64,000 nt of DNA from positions 1,898,692 to 1,962,691 of the forward strand of contig CAVSXG010000002.1 in the NCBI GenBank assembly GCA_963731865.1, in the 5' to 3' direction. The notes under the pieces were generated by a model. It saw only the letters and a program-made list of their open reading frames with translations, was not told the origin of the DNA and ran no database searches. This DNA is from an uncultured Chloroflexia bacterium. GTDB taxonomy: Bacteria; Chloroflexota; Limnocylindria; Limnocylindrales; CSP1-4. Made by a program: the position numbers and the translations under genes. This document shows positions 36,733-46,173 of this stretch, piece after piece. Positions within the stretch are counted from its first letter, which is position 1; the number at the start of each line of letters is the position of its first letter.

Positions 36733-37820
36733 CGTACGCGGCCTCGGCGTTCCGGGTGGCCGGCGCCCAGGCGAAGCGCGAGCTCGATGTCAGTCGGCGA
36801 CGCGACCCCGTCGGCGACCGCCGCACGAGCCTCGGCATCCACAGCGGTCAGGATCCGGGTGCGGATGGTGTCGGCATCGAGCCGCCCAGGCCCGATCGCG
36901 CTGGCCGGTTCCGTGACGCCCTGTCGCCGACCATCCACGTATCGATAGAACCCGATCCCGGTCTTGCGACCGAGTCGACCCTCCGCAACCATCTCCTCCT
37001 GGATCGGTGACGGTCGCAGGCGATCCGGTCGCCCAAGCGGCTCCCACACCCCAAGGGCTGTTGCGAGGTTGACATCGAGTCCGACCAGGTCCATGAGCTC
37101 GAACGGCCCCATGGGGAACCCTGCGGCGCGCATCGCTTCGTCGATGGCCTCGACCGTCGCCTGTCCGGCCTCCAGGATCCGGAGCGCCTCGATGGTGAAT
37201 GGCCGGTTCACGCGGTTCACGATGAACCCGGGCGTATCGGCGCATCGAACCGCGGTCTTGCCCCAGGCTTCCATCAGTTCGATGGCGCGATCGACGATCG
37301 CGGGCGCAACCGTACGTGGCGTCACGACCTCCACGAGCGGCATGACCGGGGCCGGGTTGAAGAAGTGCAACCCGAGGACCCGCTCACGATGACGGGTCCG
37401 TTCGGCGATCGCAGCGACCGAAATCGCGCTGGTATTGGTGGCGAGCATGACGCCTGGCGGCGCTGCGGCGTCCAGCGCGCCAAAGATCGTTTGCTTCAGC
37501 TCGAGATCCTCCAACGCTGCCTCGATCACGACCTCCGCCTCCGCGCCGATGGCGTCGAGGCTGTGCGCATCGCGCAAGCCCGCCAACCGCCCGGAGACCC
37601 AGTCCTCGATGCTGTCCGCGTCCAGATCGAGACGAACGGCGCGTCGCCGGAGGCCATCGCGGACGCGCGCGCGACCCCGCTCGATGGCGGCTTCATCGAT
37701 GTCATGGAGGACGACCTCGTGGCCGGCCTCGAGCGCGAGCTGGGCGATCCCGGCGCCCATGGTCCCGGCTCCGACCACGCCGACGATCGCGCGCGCGGCG
37801 GCGCCGGATGGCTGGCGCAC
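36729..37820 (-). CDS. paaH: 3-hydroxyacyl-CoA dehydrogenase (PaaH-like).
   Basis: GTG at 37820, 2 nt after the paaD stop. VGVVGAGTMGAGIAQLALEAGHEVVLHDI (Rossmann), LHFFNPAPVMPLVEVV, GFIVNRV. The symbol is given from sequence plus paa-cluster context. Confidence 0.75.
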   Translation of the reverse strand: MRQPSGAAARAIVGVVGAGTMGAGIAQLALEAGHEVVLHDIDEAAIERGRARVRDGLRRRAVRLDLDADSIEDWVSGRLAGLRDAHSLDAIGAEAEVVIEAALEDLELKQTIFGALDAAAPPGVMLATNTSAISVAAIAERTRHRERVLGLHFFNPAPVMPLVEVVTPRTVAPAIVDRAIELMEAWGKTAVRCADTPGFIVNRVNRPFTIEALRILEAGQATVEAIDEAMRAAGFPMGPFELMDLVGLDVNLATALGVWEPLGRPDRLRPSPIQEEMVAEGRLGRKTGIGFYRYVDGRRQGVTEPASAIGPGRLDADTIRTRILTAVDAEARAAVADGVASPTDIELALRLGAGHPERRGRVR

Positions 37821-37822
37821 GA

Positions 37823-38403
37823 TCAGATCGACTTGAAGTGCTCGAACGGCTGGCGGCAGGCCGTGCAGTGGTAGATCGCCCGGCATTGGGTCGGGCCGAA
37901 CAGGTTTTCGAGGACCGTCCGCCGTGAGCCGCAGTGCGGGCAGGGCACGACCGCGGAGAGTTGCAGCAGGACCGGCTCGTCTGGCCGGGCGGCGCCGGGC
38001 GGCGCGAACCCCGCCTCGTGCAGCTTGCGGCGGCCCTCGCCGGTGATCCGATCCGACGTCCAGGGCACCCGGTACCCAAACTTGACGTCGACCGGCCGGC
38101 CGAAAGCGCCGCAGGCGATCTTCGACGGCGCGCGCGGATCAGGTCGAGCGCCGGGACAGCCGACAAACGTGGGCAGGAGCTCCACGCGGATCCCGGTCGC
38201 GTCGACCTCGACCCGTTCGACCATCCCGAGATCCATCACCGACACCATCGGGAGCTCCGGGTCGGGCACGTCCGCGAGCGCAGCGCGAACGGCGGCCGCG
38301 TCGAGCGCCGCGTCGACGACGGACTCGCCGGGCCGGCCAGACCGGGCGGCTGGATCCCCGCCCGGCTACGCGCGATCGAGGTGTGCACCGCGGCCTCGCT
38401 CAC
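37823..38403 (-). pseudogene. paaD: Phenylacetate-CoA oxygenase subunit PaaD (also named PaaJ). Several indels as sequenced.
   Basis: GTGA overlap with the paaC stop. ...VPDPELPMVSVMDLGMVERVEV...LPTFVGCP(ALDLIRA in the alternate frame)...VPWTSDRITGEGRRKLHEAGFAPP...CPHCGS...CTACRQPFEHFKSI. Confidence 0.7.
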
Positions 38404-39170
38404 CACGTCGCTCCCGGGTTCGGCGCTGCGGACCGTGTTGAACTCCGCCCACAGCCAGCGGAATGCCTCGCCGTGGTCGAGCCGGCCCCGCGCCGGGTCG
38501 CGCGCCGATGGCGGCATCGGCAGATCGAGCCCCGCCAGGGTGGGCTCGATCGACAGCCCGCCAGCGCCGTTCGAGCTCGGCCATCGGCGCCAGGAGGATC
38601 CCGGCGTCGATCAGGTCCGCCTCGTCGGGGAGCGGCGCGAACACGGTCGCGGCGTCCGGTCCGAAGCGTCGTGAGCGCGGCAACCAGGCGCGACCGGGCG
38701 ATTCGTCGCCGCCACGGGCCAGCCGATCGAGCCAGATGCCGGCATGCATCCGGTGGTAGCGCTCCTCGCGGACGAGCTTCGCCGACGAGCTCGGCCAGCG
38801 GGGCCCAGCTGCCACCGACCAGGGCATCCAGGCGCACGCCGTCGGCCGTGTCGTACAGGAAGCGGCGGGCGATCGTCATCGCCCAGTCACCACGCCCGTG
38901 GTCGAGCAGCCGGCAATGCCGGTAGGCCGCGGGCTCGCGGTCGTAGGCGAGCGCATCCGGGTCGGTGTCGGTTAGCTCGCCGAGGAGGCCGTACAGCGCG
39001 GCGGCGTGGCCGAGCTCGTCCTGGGCGAGCGAGCTCATCGCGACGTCCTCCTCGAGGAGCGGCGCGATCCCGGTCCACTCCGAATCGCTGAACCCGATGA
39101 CGAACTCGTCATCGGCCATCGACCGGAGCAGCTCGCCCAGGGCGACGGCGGGCAGTGCTGCGACGCTCAT
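38400..39170 (-). pseudogene. paaC: Phenylacetate-CoA oxygenase subunit PaaC (also named PaaI). Frameshifted at least twice as sequenced.
   Basis: MSVAALPAVALGELLRSMADDEFVIGFSDSEWTGIAPLLEEDVAMSSLAQDELGHAAALYGLL... continues in other frames (...KLVREERYHRMHAGIWLDRLARGGDES...) and ends ...PGATW* at 38400. Confidence 0.7.
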
Positions 39171-39489
39171 CGCGAACGCGCCTTTGGCTTCGCCTGGCCT
39201 GATACCTCGCGAGCCGCGGCGAGCTTGTCGCGCATGACGTAGCCGCCAGGTTTCTTGAACGACCGATCGAGCGGCGGCTGCAGAAGGTCTGCGTCGGCGA
39301 GATCGACGATGTCGGCGATCGACGGACGATCCACAGGCGGACGCTCTCCTGGCGGCGTCCGAACAGCTCGCGCGCATAGTGCATGGCAAGGTCGGCGTCG
39401 GGTGCCATGACGCTGCCGCCGTGCTGCATCGGGCCGCCTTCCTTCTCCTGCCGGAAGACCTCCCATGGTTCGAGGGTCGGCGCGGTCAT
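39167..39489 (-). pseudogene. paaB: Phenylacetate-CoA oxygenase subunit PaaB. One frameshift near 39340.
   Basis: MTAPTLEPWEVFRQEKEGGPMQHGGSVMAPDADLAMHYARELFGRRQESVRLWIV | DRPSIADIVDLADADLLQPPLDRSFKKPGGY... ATGA overlap with paaC. Confidence 0.75.
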
Positions 39490-39495
39490 CGCGGC

Positions 39496-40483
39496 TCAGG
39501 CCGCCCTGGGCGCGGCCAGGATCGTGTCGCGAACCCAGCTGGTCTCGGCGCGGGCCAGCCGTCGGAACTCGAGGCGCGCCTCCGACATCGGCCCGTGGTT
39601 GGTGACGACGCGGCGCAGCTCATCCCAGTCGGGCTCGCCGTACCGCCACGTGCCGGTGGTCTCGTCGAGCAACAGCTCCGGGTCCGGGATGACCAGTCCG
39701 AGCTCGCGGATCCGCGGCACGTAGATCGTCAGGAACTCCTGGCGAAGCTCCTCGGACGTCTTGGCCTTGATCCGCCAGTGGAGGTCGCGGTCCTTCTCGC
39801 GCGGCGAGCGCGGGCCGTGCATCTGCATCAGCGGCCCCCACCACCGCTCGAGCGCGTCCTGGATCGCGGCGCGTTGGGCCGTCGAGCCGGTGGCCATGGT
39901 CACGACGACGTCGCGGCCGTGCATGATGTGGACCGATTCCTCCCAGCAGATCTTGCGCATCGTTCGCGCGTATGGCGCGTAGCTGCTGTCGCGGAGGGCC
40001 TGCTGCGGCGACGATCGCCGCGGCGTCGACGAGCCACGCGATCATCCCGACGTCTGCCCAGCCAACCGTCGGGTAGTGAAAGACGTTGTGGAACTTGGTC
40101 TTGCCCGCGAGCAGGTCGTCGAACATCGCCTCGCGTGATTTGCCGAGATCCTCCGCCACGCGGTAGAGCAGCTGCGCGTGCCCCACCTCGTCCTGGACCT
40201 TGGCCGTAAGGGCGAGCTTTCGGCGCAGGGTCGGCGCGCGCATCAGCCATTCACGTTCGGGGAGCACGCCCATCAGCTCGCTGTTGGCGTGCATCTCGAC
40301 GAATCGGAGGACGGCCGTGCGGTACTCGTCCGGCATCCAGTCGGTCGCTTCGACCTTGCCGCCGGCGGTGACGTGCGCCTCGAACAGGGCGAACCGCTCG
40401 TCGTGCGGGAGGTCGGCGTTGAACGCCGGGCGGCTGCGCTCGAGTGGCCCGAGGATCGGCTCGAGCGCGAGCGGATCGGTCAT
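39496..40483 (-). pseudogene. paaA: Phenylacetate-CoA oxygenase catalytic subunit PaaA. One frameshift near 39990.
   Basis: ...FVEMHANSELMGVLPEREWLMRAPTLRRKLALTAKVQDEVGHAQLLYRVAEDLG...FHYPTVGWADVGMIAWLVDAAAIV | ...MRKICWEESVHIMHGRD... These are the di-iron ligand regions of the PaaA family. Confidence 0.85.
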
Positions 40484-41084
40484 GACGGCCCTCTCGGTGC
40501 CTGCACGGCACGAAGCGCCAGGTCCGCGAATGCGTCAGCGATGGCCCGGGACGAGAGTCGGCCGTCCGGCTTGTACCAGCCAACGAGGCCGTTGAGCGCG
40601 GTCAGCAGGAAGGCGGCCGTGGCTGTCGGGTCAACCGGGTGGAAGCGTCCCGTTCATGACCCCGTCGGCGATGACTGTCCGAAAGCGGGCCTCGTAGGCA
40701 TCGCGTCGGGCCGCGATCTCGTCGCGTCGGCTCCCCTGGAGCGCCCGCCACTCGTGGACGAACACGCTCGCCCGCTCGATGTCGTCCGTCACCACGCCGA
40801 CGTGGGCCGCGACAAGCGCAATGAGGTAGACGCCGCAGCCAGAATGTCGCACCACCTGGATCGGCCGTCTCGATCGCCTCGGCGGCCGCCTCGAAGCGGT
40901 CCGCGGTCGTCTCGACGATGGACCAGAGGACATCCTGCTTGGAGGTCACGTGCGCGTACAGGCTGGCCCCCTGGATATCGACCGCGCGCGCAATATCGCG
41001 GACACTCGTCCCCGAATATCCATGCGCGTGAAAGAGGGCGCTGGCGGCGTCCTCGATCGCCTGCCGGCGGGTCGTCTCGACCAC
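40480..41084 (-). pseudogene. paaR: TetR-family regulator at the head of the paa operon (PaaR-like). At least 2 frameshifts as sequenced.
   Basis: GTG at 41084 after GGGAGGA. VETTRRQAIEDAASALFHAHGYSGTSVRDIARAVDIQGASLYAHVTSKQDVLW (TetR HTH). Later parts lie in other frames. The stop forms an ATGA overlap with the paaA start (40483). The symbol is given by position and family. Confidence 0.65.
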
Positions 41085-41103
41085 GTCGAGGCATCCTCCC
41101 TAA

Positions 41104-41117
41104 CTAACGATCGTTAG
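41104..41117. promoter_or_regulatory. Perfect 14-bp palindrome CTAACGATCGTTAG, 20 bp upstream of paaR. Candidate PaaR operator.
   Basis: Read directly; the extended near-palindrome is CCTAACTAACGATCGTTAGGTTGG. It fits the CNAACGNNCGTTNG pattern that I recall for Thermus PaaR. That recollection needs verification. Confidence 0.5.
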
Positions 41118-41178
41118 GTTGGCAGGGTACGGTCCGACCGGAAACGCGTCAAGCGCGACCGGCACGATCGTTGTGGTT

Positions 41179-41223
41179 GTGAGGGGTTCATCGGGATGTC
41201 AGTCCAGGAACACGAGGTGGCAC
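41179..41223 (-). repeat. Copy 4 (diverged, opposite orientation) of the dispersed palindromic element.
   Basis: GTGAGGGGTTCATCGGGATGTCA...CACGAGGTGGCAC. The first 23 nt match the reverse complement of copy 2 (GTGAGGGGTTCATGAGCATGTCA) at 19-20 positions. Confidence 0.4.
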
Positions 41224-41393
41224 CCTACGGACACGTCATGTCATTGGCCGTTTGGCGCTGATCGCGACGTGTTCCTCGATGTCGACGTAGCAGCTGCCCG
41301 CCGTCCGCAATTCGTTGGCGGACTTGCTGCCCGCCCCTGGGTGACCACGCGTATCACTGTACGCAGCCTCCGGTGACTATTAGGCTGCGCGGC

Positions 41394-44210
41394 ATGAGCG
41401 CGCCGTTTGTCGGCCGTCAACGCGAGCGCTCCGAGATTTCCGCGCTCGTTCGGCGATCGAGCCTCGATCGAGCGCCCGTTGCTGCCCTCGTCACGGGCGA
41501 GCCAGGCAGCGGGAAAACGCGGCTACTCACCGAGATCCTTGCCGCGCCGCGAACAGCGGGACTCGTTCGCGTCGTCGGCTTCGAACCCAACCAGGCTGTC
41601 CCGCTGGCTGCCGTCGGCGAGGTCATCCGCCTGCTGTCGACCGTCCCCGTCCACGGACCAGAGCCTCGAACGACTGGTGTTCGGTGGCCGCGATCACACG
41701 GCTCGCGCACCCCTCCGGATCTTCGAGGCGGCGCATCGGGCACTCTCCTCTTACGGACCACTCGTGATCGGCATCGACGACCTCCAGTGGGTCGACGATC
41801 AATCACTTGGGCTGATCCACTACCTCCTACGGGCGGCGGGCCCGGCGCACCAGCCCCTGGCCGTGCTCGCCGTCAGTCGCCCGTCACGCGCGGCGACGGG
41901 TTTCCACGCCACGCTCGAGGGCGGCCTCCCGACGGAGCGGCGGATGTTCGTGGACCTTGGTCCGCTGCCCCTCGAGGACGGCCTTTCGCTGGCCCGCGCC
42001 ATCGACGGCACCTTGAGTGAGGCTGCAGCCGCGGCGCTTTGGCGCCGTGCTCGTGGCTCGCCATTCTGGCTCGACGCGCTGGCAAGGAGCGGCGGCGACG
42101 TCGAGCCGTCGGAGCTCATCGCGGAGCGGTTCCGGGCCTTGAGCAGCGATTCTGGCGCCTTGCTCGCCGCCCTAGCCGTAGGGGCGCGCCCATACCTCGT
42201 CGACGAACTCGCCGAGCTGCTCGGATGGGAAGTCGGCCACGTCCGCCAAGCGTCCGCCGAACTCGTCGCTCGGGGGCTCGGTCTTGAGGTCAGCGGCACG
42301 ATCCGGCTCGCCCACGACCTGATCCGCGAGGCTGCAACCGCCAGCCTGCCGGTCAGCGCTCGGCGGCGACTACACGGGCGCGTGGCGGATCGGATCGAGG
42401 CGACGGCCGGGGACGACGTGAAGCTGCTGCGCGAGGCCCTCGACCATCGAGTGGCCGCCGGCCAGCCAACGGCCGAGCTCGCAGTGCGCCTGATCTCGTC
42501 GCCTGGGCGACGCCTGCTCAACGGCGATGACCTTCGACTTCTCGCAGCGATCAGCGACCGGCTTCGAGCCTGGCGCCGCGGCGCGAATCCGGATCGATCG
42601 CGGGCTCGCCGAGCTCGGTGCCGTCATCGGCGAAGTGGAGCTCGCGCTCGAACGCTGGACCCGCGTCAGCGAGCAGACGACCGACGTCTCGGAACGGCGC
42701 CACGCGGAGACTGAAGCGGCCCTGGTCGCGTACCGCTTCGGTCGGCGCGCCGAGGCCCACGAACACCTCGATCGGGCCCGCGACATGCCGGCGTCGAGTC
42801 TCGAGGCGACCGTGCGGCTCGACGCCCTGCAGGCCGATGTCGAGCTGTGGCTCGACCACGAGACGGCGGCGGGCAGTCGGTCTGCCGAGCGCGCGATCGC
42901 CGCAGCCGAGGAGATGGCTTTGATGAGCGGCGGGCTCGAACGGCTTTCGCCTGGAGCGCGTCGCGCGTATCTGGCGGCCGTCGAGGTCGCGATCGATGGC
43001 GCGATGCAGGAGGATCGCGACGGCGAAATCGTCGGCCGGGCCGAGCAATGCGTGCGCGTCGTCCACCGGCCTCGATGACGAGTCGCACATCGCCGCTCAG
43101 ATCCGATCCGCGATGGCACTGCGGACAGTGGCACGCCCTCGAGAAGGCGAGGCGCAAAGTCGACAGGCGTGGGACGCCTCGAAGCGCCTGGTCCTGCCGA
43201 TCCTCACGGTCGAAGCGGGCCGCGGCCTTGCGCGCGTCCTGCGCGACCTGGGCCGACTCGCCGAAGCCCATGCGGTGGCAATCGAGACGAGGGAGCTCGA
43301 GGCGCGGCTCGCCGTCGCACCCAAGCACTGGGGGAGCGCTGCCTCCCTCCGACACATCATCGAGCTCTCGTCCGAGGACGCGGCAGCCGCACTGCGCGAG
43401 CTTCGCCGCGATGCCGCGGCCGAACCGGACCCGCACTACCGCCAGGACCTCCACCTCGCGATCGCCGTCTGGCAGGCGCGCGTCGCCGGCGCGAAGGCCG
43501 CTCGCGAGGTCGAGGCCGAGCTCGGCGCCGCGCATGCCGATGCCGAGCTCGCCCGCTGTCCGCGCCACAGTCTCGGCCTGGCGCTCGCAACCGCCGAGCT
43601 CCTCGCTCGGATCGGGCGCGTCGACGACGCGCGGCGAGCGCTGGCCGATTGGGACAGCCGACCAAGCGCCGGCAGCGTGGGCCGCGACCTGTGGCGGATG
43701 CGCACGGCCGCAGCGATCGAGGCAGCGGCTGGCGACGACGCGGCAGCGGCCGCGATCCTGGAGACCTATGGGCAGGCGCTCGAACGCGCCGGCTTGAACC
43801 TGGAGCTCCTCTGGACTCGGATCGACCTTGGCCGGTGTCTCGCGAGGCTCGACCGCGATCGCGGGGTCGCAGCGTTCACTTCCGCCGCCGAGCTGGCCGA
43901 TGCCTGCGGGGCGGTGAGCGAAGGCCGCCTCGTCGCGCAAGCCCTTCGCGGGCTCGGCGTTCGCGCCTGGCGCCGTGGGGCTGCAACTATTGGAGGCGGA
44001 CTTGCCGGCCTGAGCAAGCGGGAGCTCGAGATCTCGCGGCGCGTGGCCGACGGCGCGAGCAACCGCGAGATCGGCGAGGCGCTCGTCGTCTCCCCGAAGA
44101 CGATCGAGCGCCACGTCACGAACATCCTTGCGAAGGTCGGGCTGCGCAATCGGACCGAGTTGGCTTCGCTGGTCCGATCCGCTTCGGTACGGGATTCGCC
44201 CGATGAATGA
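41394..44210 (+). pseudogene. LAL-type (large ATP-binding LuxR family, MalT-like) transcriptional regulator. At least 3 frameshifts as sequenced.
   Basis: MSAPFVGRQRERSEISALV...VTGEPGSGKTRLLTE (Walker A) ... IDDLQWVDDQSLGLIHYLLR ... TPR-like helices ... C-terminal LuxR HTH LSKRELEISRRVADGASNREIGEALVVSPKTIERHVTNILAKVGLRNRTELA. Frame changes occur near 41650, 42520 and 43070. Confidence 0.8.
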
Positions 44211-44279
44211 GGGTCCCACCCTCGCCTAGCCTCGGCCCAGATCCCATGAAGGGTCGTCCAGCAGCGAGGAGGGTGCCCA

Positions 44280-44555
44280 GTGGCCGTCGCGATGCTTGTC
44301 GCCGGTCTTCAGACCGCCGAACCGGTCGTCGGTCCGGAGGCCGCCGAGCGTCTCGCACGGTTAGGGGTTACCCGCATCTCACTGCTGTCAGACCGACTCG
44401 GAGTGGGGGTCGTGTTGGAGGGCTGGGCATTCGACCCGGTCGACATCGATGAGGCTGTTCGGGCCATGTTTCCGGACGGCGGAGCCGGCGTACGGGTCCT
44501 CCACGAGATCGAGCACGTGGCGGTGGCCGTGGCGTTGGGCGAAGGGAGAACGTGA
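44280..44555 (+). CDS. Small hypothetical protein (91 aa).
   Basis: GAGGAGGG RBS 6 nt before the GTG at 44280. Its stop overlaps the next start (TGATG). Confidence 0.4.
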   Translation: MAVAMLVAGLQTAEPVVGPEAAERLARLGVTRISLLSDRLGVGVVLEGWAFDPVDIDEAVRAMFPDGGAGVRVLHEIEHVAVAVALGEGRT

Positions 44556-44926
44556 TGGAACAGCGAACGATTGGACGGCTCGGCCGCACGCTTATCGGCC
44601 TGACGGCCGTGGCCGCCTTCACGCTTGCCGCGGTCGCACCCGTGGCCGCGCATCAGCACTACTCGGAGAATGGCCAGGCGGGCGACGGACAGGTCCTCGC
44701 CGATGGCCAGAACCATCCGCGGTTCATCGCGAACGGCGACGGGACATTCTCGTCGTGCGTCAGTTACGGACCGATTCCGGGCAACACCATCGGATCCGCC
44801 TGGTACGGCATCGAGACCGCCCACCACGGGGCCGACTCAGGCGATCCCGGCAAGGGCGACGGCTGCTACATGGCAGACGGCAGCCCGGCCCTCGGCCAGG
44901 ACGATCAGAACCCCGCGATCAGGTAA
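44555..44926 (+). CDS. Small secreted protein, unknown family.
   Basis: MEQRTIGRLGRTLIGLTAVAAFTLAAVAPVAAHQHY... is a signal peptide. The mature part is Gly/Asp-rich with 2 Cys. Confidence 0.55.
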   Translation: MEQRTIGRLGRTLIGLTAVAAFTLAAVAPVAAHQHYSENGQAGDGQVLADGQNHPRFIANGDGTFSSCVSYGPIPGNTIGSAWYGIETAHHGADSGDPGKGDGCYMADGSPALGQDDQNPAIR

Positions 44927-44934
44927 CCGACGGA

Positions 44935-44966
44935 CGCCGGGACGAGCCGCAAGTATCGTCCCGGCG
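44935..44966 (+). terminator. Perfect 11-bp GC-rich hairpin 8 nt after the stop codon. Candidate intrinsic terminator without a U-tract.
   Basis: CGCCGGGACGA (44935-44945), a 10-nt loop, then TCGTCCCGGCG (44956-44966). Confidence 0.45.
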
Positions 44967-45150
44967 CAGCGGTCCTCGGTTACTCGTACATCCCGATTGG
45001 TCCAGACGCGGATGCGCCTTCGGTTGACCGGGTCGGGGCACCCTGACGAAACTCGACGGACGAGGTTGTACAGGGGCATGTACGCCCGCATCCACCATAC
45101 GTCGCGCGGATAGGTGACTCCCACTAGGCGACGAATGACCCTCAACACCG

Positions 45151-45275
45151 CCGCCGTGACGTAAGACGGTGGAGGTGCACATCGCCAACATCTTCTCCAA
45201 GCTCGAGCCGCCGCCGGCCTCCGACGATCGCCGTCGCGTGCCCGCGGTGTTCGCGCATCAACGAGGGCCGGGCTA
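45151..45275 (+). pseudogene. 3' remnant of a LuxR/NarL-type HTH gene.
   Basis: The frame reads RKTVEVHIANIFSKLEPPPASDDRRRVPAVFAHQRGPG*. TV.VH..NI..KL is the LuxR recognition-helix signature. An in-frame stop lies immediately upstream, and there is no receiver domain or start. Confidence 0.35.
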
Positions 45276-45319
45276 GGCTCCGGACCGGCGACCGCGGGCA
45301 GTTAGCTGGCGACGGGTGC

Positions 45320-45362
45320 CATGAGTGTCACGGCAAGCGTGACATGCTCATGAACCCCTCAC
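45320..45362 (+). repeat. Copy 2 of the dispersed 43-bp imperfect-palindrome element.
   Basis: CATGAGTGTCACGGCAAGCGTGACATGCTCATGAACCCCTCAC. Arms CATGAG-TGTCAC and GTGACA-(TG)-CTCATG can pair. It abuts the stop of the minus-strand gene at 45370. Confidence 0.7.
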
Positions 45363-45369
45363 ATGGTTG

Positions 45370-46173
45370 TCACTCCCCGGTAAACCGCGGTGGCCGCTTC
45401 TCGAGGAACGCTGCGAGCCCCTCGGCATGGTCAGCCGTCGCGCCAGCGATCCCCTGCCGGATCGCCTCGTCTTCGAGCGCTTCGTCGAGGTCGATCGACC
45501 AGCTCCGCTGCAGCGCGCGCTTCGTATGGGCCAGTGTGCCTGGCGCGAACCCGGCAAGCCGGGTAGCTGCTGCGCGAGCCGCGTCCGCGAGTCCGTCCGC
45601 GTGCACCACCCGGACAACAACTCCGAAACGCTCGGCGTCGACTGCCGAAAGTGGATCGCCGAGGAGCGCGAGCTCAGCGGCTTTCGCCGGCCCAACGAGG
45701 CGTGGCAGCAGCCATGTGGCGCCGCTGTCGGGCACGAGCCCGATCCGGCCAAAGGCAAGCACGAATGTCGCACCTTCGGCCGCGAACCGGATATCGCAAG
45801 CGAACGCAAGCGAGGCGCCAGCCCCCGCCGCGACCCCGTTGATCGCGCCGACGATTGGCTGGTCCAGCGAGCGCATGGCGCGAATGATCGGGTTGTAGCG
45901 CTCCCGGACCTCGACGGCCAGTGGCGCAGCGTCGGGTTCGAGTCGCTCCTTGAGGTCCTGGCCGGCACAGAACGCCCGGCCGGCGCCCGTCAGGACGACG
46001 GCGCGCACCGCCGGATCCCGAGCGATCGAGCGAAACGCCGCGAGGAGCTCCCCTTTCATCGCCACCGTCAACGCGTTGAGTGCGTCGGGTCGGTCCAGCG
46101 TGATCGTGGCGATCGAGTCGTCGATCTCGAGGCGGATCGAGGTGAAGGTCGGGGTCGCCCGATCCCCGGCCAT
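45370..46173 (-). CDS. Enoyl-CoA hydratase/isomerase (crotonase fold), PaaG-like.
   Basis: ...ITLDRPDALNALT...VVLTGAGRAFCAGQDLKE...YNPIIRAMRSLDQPIVGAINGVAAGAGASLAFACDIR...FGRIGLVPDSGATWLLPRLVG. 267 aa, intact. Confidence 0.85.
   Translation of the reverse strand: MAGDRATPTFTSIRLEIDDSIATITLDRPDALNALTVAMKGELLAAFRSIARDPAVRAVVLTGAGRAFCAGQDLKERLEPDAAPLAVEVRERYNPIIRAMRSLDQPIVGAINGVAAGAGASLAFACDIRFAAEGATFVLAFGRIGLVPDSGATWLLPRLVGPAKAAELALLGDPLSAVDAERFGVVVRVVHADGLADAARAAATRLAGFAPGTLAHTKRALQRSWSIDLDEALEDEAIRQGIAGATADHAEGLAAFLEKRPPRFTGE

Noticed and set aside
42666-44219. A 517-aa minus-strand ORF opposite the LAL-LuxR regulator. Similar long alternative-frame ORFs exist at, for example, 43169-44206, 42847-43797, 15699-17045 and 22064-23215.
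   Set aside because: These have Arg/Pro/Ala-rich composition and no recognisable motifs. They fully overlap genes with clear family signatures on the other strand or in another frame.
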